Assembly (NCBI GenBank): GCA_027334715.1
Contig: DAHWUG010000001.1
Location: forward strand, 211,322-275,321
Origin: Nanobdellota archaeon
GTDB lineage: Archaea > Nanobdellota > Nanobdellia > Pacearchaeales > GW2011-AR1
Direction: 5' to 3'
DNA: 64,000 nucleotides
In this document: positions 59,441 to 64,000 of the stretch, piece by piece
How positions within the stretch are numbered: the first letter of the stretch is position 1
How the letters are laid out: each line of letters starts with the position of its first letter
Made by a program: the position numbers and the translations under genes
The notes under the pieces: model-generated
What the model saw: only the letters and a program-made list of their open reading frames with translations
What the model was told of the DNA's origin: nothing
Databases searched by the model: none

Positions 59441-60919
59441 TTAGAATGTGTACCTGAAATTTATTCCCTCATTTTTCTGATTTCCAGTTTTGTTGTAAGA
59501 CAAGCCTATGGAAAAGTGTCTGTTAAGATTAAATCTCGCTCCTGCTTCTAGTGATAATTCGCTTGATGAAGTCCTGTTTACAAGATTATTTGTTACAACC
59601 TGTACACTATTCAAAGGAACTCCATTCCTTTGATAGCCTATTGTAGCCTCTCCATTTTCATACTGATTTCCTGTTGATGTTTTTGCTCCTGCACCAGCGA
59701 AAAGGTCGAGCCAATTAGAAGGCTCTAAAACAAATCTTCCTCCAAATTCATAAAGTGGCTTTTCACTTCCAGTTGTTGTTATAATATCTGTTCTTGATTT
59801 GTATGTTCCAGGACCTATAAGCTCATTTGTTGTCTGTGACGTGTCTGATACAGGAACCATGTTTTTTGGATTTCCCCTTACAAAAGAATAATTTCCATAT
59901 CCCTCAATTCTTACCATCGGAGCTATTCTTGCATTTGCAAAAGCGCCAATAGTTGCTTCATTGTTTGTTCCATACCCTGCTTCAAGCCCAAATTCAATAT
60001 TTCTTCTTTCTTTTTGTGCAGGGGGGACAAATTCATAATTCTGTGCAGGTGTTTGAGCAGGCTGCTGTGCAACAACAGGAGGCTGTACATGTTGTGGGTG
60101 TGCAACTTCAGGTTGCTGATGAATGACTGCAACAGATGATTCAGGTCTTGCTAGAGCCTGAGCCTGTTGTGCAGTCCTTTGCTCTGCAGGAACAATATCA
60201 AGATTTACAAGAATAGGAGTGCTTCCGACAGTTGTGTAACCCCTTCTTCTTGGATTATATCTTCTGTCTTCTACAATAATTGCATAAACACCATCTTTAA
60301 CATTGAGTTCCTGAAGATGCCTTACCTCATTTCCTGAAATTTCTCCGTCTGAAAGAACTTGCTCAAGAGCTCTTACGCTTCCTGCGTCATTATGGCCAAG
60401 TCTGCTTGCAATCCTTGCAAGATTATACTTGTATGCTTTTTGTTCACCTGTAAGGGAATTATCAGGCCCAAGACTTCTTATTTCCCTTTCTATTTCTGAT
60501 TTAGCATCTCTTACCCTGAAATAATTCCTGTCCCTCCTATTTCTTAAATTTACATCAATAGACATTGTTTCTTCAGGAGAAATTACAACAGGTATAACCT
60601 CAGGCCTTGCAAAAATACCTCCTCCTGCAGCTGTCAATCCATATGACAACTCGCCAGCATTCAAGGTTATAGAATAAATAGAATTGTTTGCAGGATTCTG
60701 TCTCTGCAACCTATCTGAATGTTGTGCAGATGTTTCATGGCAGCTTTTTGCGGTGTCTGCAGGAATCCACTGGCCCCATGGGGGAACAAGCATTCCTGAT
60801 GTTGGTTTAGGACATCTATTCCTGTCAGGGTTCTGTGCATAAAGATTTTTCGGGCTCGCAATAGCTAATGAACCTGCAAGTAATGAACCCAGAATTATTG
60901 AACTTTTTTTAAGATTCAT
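59441..60919 (-). CDS. secreted hypothetical protein
   Basis: signal peptide; beta-rich. Confidence 0.3.
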   Translation of the reverse strand: MNLKKSSIILGSLLAGSLAIASPKNLYAQNPDRNRCPKPTSGMLVPPWGQWIPADTAKSCHETSAQHSDRLQRQNPANNSIYSITLNAGELSYGLTAAGGGIFARPEVIPVVISPEETMSIDVNLRNRRDRNYFRVRDAKSEIEREIRSLGPDNSLTGEQKAYKYNLARIASRLGHNDAGSVRALEQVLSDGEISGNEVRHLQELNVKDGVYAIIVEDRRYNPRRRGYTTVGSTPILVNLDIVPAEQRTAQQAQALARPESSVAVIHQQPEVAHPQHVQPPVVAQQPAQTPAQNYEFVPPAQKERRNIEFGLEAGYGTNNEATIGAFANARIAPMVRIEGYGNYSFVRGNPKNMVPVSDTSQTTNELIGPGTYKSRTDIITTTGSEKPLYEFGGRFVLEPSNWLDLFAGAGAKTSTGNQYENGEATIGYQRNGVPLNSVQVVTNNLVNRTSSSELSLEAGARFNLNRHFSIGLSYNKTGNQKNEGINFRYTF

Positions 60920-61007
60920 CGTTTTCCCTGAAATAGAAAAGGGTATTTAAAGATTTCTATATGTGACTATTATATAATTAATACACTAAAAGTCCGGACA
61001 CTCAGTG

Positions 61008-62027
61008 TTATACAAATCCAGTCTTTAGTGTTTCTTCCCATGACTTAATTCCGAGGGCGACAAGAGATTCCCTGAAAGTCAAAATCGGCTTTTCGTATTT
61101 GTAGAAATCGTCAAGCGCAATTCTCGGGCATGCAAGTTCAATAAAAGCATCTATGTTGTAGAAATTCATCACCTTGTCAGGAGTCATTTCAGACATTGTT
61201 ATAACAATTGCATTTTTTCCGGCTTCTTTCAATTTCTGCAGAAGGAATTTTGGAGAGCCAAATTTCTGCCCGGGCTTTATTTCGACAATTATTGCGACAT
61301 TTTCAGCTTCCCTTAATTTTTCTATGGAAATTGCCCTTTGCTTCAGTATTTTTTCCCGCAATCCGCGCATGCTTCTTACATTGTCATTGTAAACGTCGAC
61401 GAGAACAACCGGTTTTTCCAAAGCCAAAGAGGCACCCATTGAATGAAACTGGTTTCCTATTATTAGAAAAGCCTCGACATCTTCCTGTATTGCCTTTAAC
61501 CCGCCATACTGACATCCGACAATATGGCCTTCATATGCAACATTTCCGACTTTTTTTGAGAGAATGACTTTTTTTCCGTTTTTTCTGTAGAAACTAACAA
61601 TATTTTTTAGGTCATGACGATGTTGAATAGAAAAAGATAACCCAATGGTTTTAAATTTATTCAGCTCCTTCAGCGACTTTTTTAAAATAGGTTTTAGGTC
61701 TAATAAATCCTTGACTTCAATGTATAAAATAGGAAATTTTGAGCTGATGAATTCTGCATGGCCAAAATGAATTATGAGGTCGCAGTTCAAAGCCTCTGCC
61801 TCCTGGACAGCAATTGAGCAAGCCCCCCAGCATGTTTCTCCAGAGAAAATTACCTCAATTCCAAGAGGCTCAATCCAACCTGATATTTCCGGGGCATGTT
61901 TTTTAATTCCTTCTGCAAGCTGAACAAGAACACGTTTAGGTTTTCTTCTCCTCAATTCCCTCAGCAATTTTTCCTTTTCAAAATCCAGCATTTTGTTTTT
62001 AACAAGCCCAAATTTTATCAGCAACAA
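61008..62027 (-). CDS. dph2: diphthamide biosynthesis protein Dph2 (2-(3-amino-3-carboxypropyl)histidine synthase)
   Basis: KRVLVQLAEGIKKHAPEI...CWGACSI...DLIIHFGHAEF. Confidence 0.7.
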   Translation of the reverse strand: MLLIKFGLVKNKMLDFEKEKLLRELRRRKPKRVLVQLAEGIKKHAPEISGWIEPLGIEVIFSGETCWGACSIAVQEAEALNCDLIIHFGHAEFISSKFPILYIEVKDLLDLKPILKKSLKELNKFKTIGLSFSIQHRHDLKNIVSFYRKNGKKVILSKKVGNVAYEGHIVGCQYGGLKAIQEDVEAFLIIGNQFHSMGASLALEKPVVLVDVYNDNVRSMRGLREKILKQRAISIEKLREAENVAIIVEIKPGQKFGSPKFLLQKLKEAGKNAIVITMSEMTPDKVMNFYNIDAFIELACPRIALDDFYKYEKPILTFRESLVALGIKSWEETLKTGFV

Positions 62028-62111
62028 CCTATATAATTTTTATGCTAAACATTGGGCGTATTTAATACTGATATCAATTTAATCATCGTCTTTACTTAAC
62101 AAATTTATTGT

Positions 62112-62378
62112 TTAAACCCCTATTTCAACCTCCCCTGATTTAATTCTGCATTGGCATGCAAGCCTATGCTTCCTGTCTCTTTTCAATTCTTTTTCTGGCT
62201 GAGTCAATTGAGAGAGATTTTCTTCTCCCTTAACAATGTCAATCATACAGGTTCCGCAAATTCCATTTTTGCAGTTGAACTCAACGCCAAGAATTTCAGC
62301 TGCGTGCCTTATGTTCTCCCCGTCAGAAATTTCTTTCGCCTTTCCTGTTTTTGAATTTTTTAAAATAGCCACTTTCAT
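62112..62378 (-). CDS. 2Fe-2S ferredoxin-like protein
   Basis: CKNGICGTCMIDI...RLACQC. Confidence 0.55.
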   Translation of the reverse strand: MKVAILKNSKTGKAKEISDGENIRHAAEILGVEFNCKNGICGTCMIDIVKGEENLSQLTQPEKELKRDRKHRLACQCRIKSGEVEIGV

Positions 62379-62562
62379 ATCTTTGTTAGCAAATTTATAA
62401 ACTTATCACATCGCAAGTCGTGGCTATTAGTACAACTTAAAAGTAATAATACTGCATAAGTTTTATAAATTATTTTTATAAACTGCTGTCTTATAAAATT
62501 TTTATGGGACTTGATGACAAATTGAAGGAAAACTTCCAAAACTAATTGATAACATTACAATT

Positions 62563-63043
62563 ATGGGAAGACTTATTTTTGATTTAGGTGAAGGTTATTC
62601 CGGAGATATTTTAATAAGGAAAAATTCTGACAAAAGATATAACAGGGGATTTAACTTAAGCAGACATATAGACTACTCCTTTTATCCACGCCAAGATTTT
62701 AGTATACGTTTTGATAATGAAGCTTCTGCTGTTGGTATATTCCTTTTTGAGCAAACAAAGAGAAAAAAAACATTGGTACAAACCCATAATATATACTTTA
62801 TGGGATCCTGTTATTCAGGCAGAGAATTCAGATGAGTTTACACAGGGTTACCTAAAAAAAGTTCCTGCTATTCAGGCAGGAGGAAATTCTGAACTAATAA
62901 GACTTCCCTCAATTTTAAATGAGATTCCTGATGAGATTAGAGGAGCATATGAACATCTGAAAGATGTGGAAGAGCAAAATCTGGAAAGAATTCAGTCACA
63001 TAACAGAAAACTTAAAGATTTAGATGTTTCTGACTTCTCTTAA
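62563..63043 (+). pseudogene. hypothetical gene split by a frameshift at the A8 run (62763-62770)
   Basis: two overlapping same-strand ORFs (62563-62835, 62711-63043) that share FEQTKR(K/E)KK across the homopolymer. Confidence 0.35.
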
Positions 63044-63057
63044 AAAATTATAATTTT

Positions 63058-63993
63058 CTATTTGCTGCTGATATAATCGTATGCACTGTAAGCTGCTGTG
63101 CATGCATCTGCAACACCTGTTATGAGCTGCTTGAAATGCTTGTCTGTGACATCTCCTGCTGCAAAAATGCCCGGAATATTTGTCTCAGATGTCTTGTGGT
63201 TTATGATTATCTCTCTTTCAACATTTAGATTTACCCCTAATTTTTCCGCAAGCTCTGAAAGAATTATGTGCCCTATTGCAACAAAAACACCGTCAAGCTC
63301 AAGCTCTTTGCCTCCCCGGTAAGGCTTGTCCAGCAAAACACTTTCTGTGAACTCTTTTCCCTTAACTTCTGTTATGTTTGTGTTGTTTATGATTTCAATC
63401 TTTTTATTTTTCTGAACGCGTGCAAGGTTTATTGGCTCTGGATGTATTTTTTCCCCCCTGTAAATTATGTAGACTTTTTTTGCATGCTCTGAAAGAAATA
63501 AAGCATCTTTAACTGCAGAATCAGAGCCACCAACAACTGCAACGACTTTATCCCTGTAAAGAGGACCGTCGCACAGGGCGCAGTAATGAACTCCTTTGTT
63601 CATCAGCCTTTCTGCACCAGGAACTTCTAATTTTCTCCATCTTGTTCCTGTTGCGAACAAAACCGCCCTGCCTTTGTATTCTCCTTTTTTCGTTTTTACT
63701 AAAAAGCCATCCTTTACCTTTTTGATTTCCTCTGCTTTTTCTGTTTTTATTGTTACAAGATCATATGAGCGGGCGTGCTCTTCAAGCTTTTTTGCGAGTT
63801 CGAAGCCGCCTATTTTCGTGAAGCCGGGATAATTCTCAACAATGTCTGTTGTTGTTATTACTCCCCCAATAGGAAGGTCTGTTCCATGGCTGGTTCCAAA
63901 AACAAGCGTTTTCATTCCCAAACGGGCTGCATACATTGCACCTGCTAGGCCTGCTCCGCCGCCGCCAATAATTATAAAATCATAGGATTCCAT
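63058..63993 (-). CDS. trxB: thioredoxin reductase
   Basis: YDFIIIGGGGAGLAGAMYAARLG...CALCDG...GGSDSAV. Confidence 0.85.
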   Translation of the reverse strand: MESYDFIIIGGGGAGLAGAMYAARLGMKTLVFGTSHGTDLPIGGVITTTDIVENYPGFTKIGGFELAKKLEEHARSYDLVTIKTEKAEEIKKVKDGFLVKTKKGEYKGRAVLFATGTRWRKLEVPGAERLMNKGVHYCALCDGPLYRDKVVAVVGGSDSAVKDALFLSEHAKKVYIIYRGEKIHPEPINLARVQKNKKIEIINNTNITEVKGKEFTESVLLDKPYRGGKELELDGVFVAIGHIILSELAEKLGVNLNVEREIIINHKTSETNIPGIFAAGDVTDKHFKQLITGVADACTAAYSAYDYISSK

Positions 63994-64000
63994 TATATTA

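Noticed and set aside
1-64000. CRISPR array
   Set aside because: No run of regularly spaced short direct repeats with unique spacers was found; the Cas4-like gene is solo.

Overview
AT-rich (~33% GC) archaeal chromosomal segment, probably from a small-genome DPANN-like archaeon. It carries core informational genes: gyrB with an intein, gyrA, thermosome, aIF2-gamma, aIF5B, SerRS, Kae1, ribosomal proteins L7Ae, S28e, L24e, S6e and S10, Dph2 and TrxR. Many secreted or surface proteins are interspersed (class-III signal peptide pilin-like, TolB-like propeller, cadherin-like, matrixin-like and transglutaminase-like). Three tRNA genes are present: Ser, Asp with a ~63-nt intron and Tyr with a ~128-nt intron; the two introns look related. 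The first 5 kb is the most unusual part. It is a repeat-punctuated array of small toxin-antitoxin-type cassettes (RelE/ParE pairs and HEPN-MNT pairs), each followed by a conserved ~75-80-nt element, next to a Zn-ribbon/HTH/PD-(D/E)xK-like protein, so integron-like or MITE-like. Two single genes (EamA transporter, BtpA) are each flanked by perfect or near-perfect 41-43-bp direct repeats, one pair abutting tRNA-Ser. The tRNA-Asp 3' end is repeated twice downstream as att-like 12-13-mers, bracketing gene islets that reach to tRNA-Tyr. Other points: a standalone frameshifted Cas4-like nuclease, a degenerate LAGLIDADG gene beside a ThyX/Tmk-like pair, and three frameshifts at homopolymers that may be sequencing or assembly errors. 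No CRISPR array was seen.
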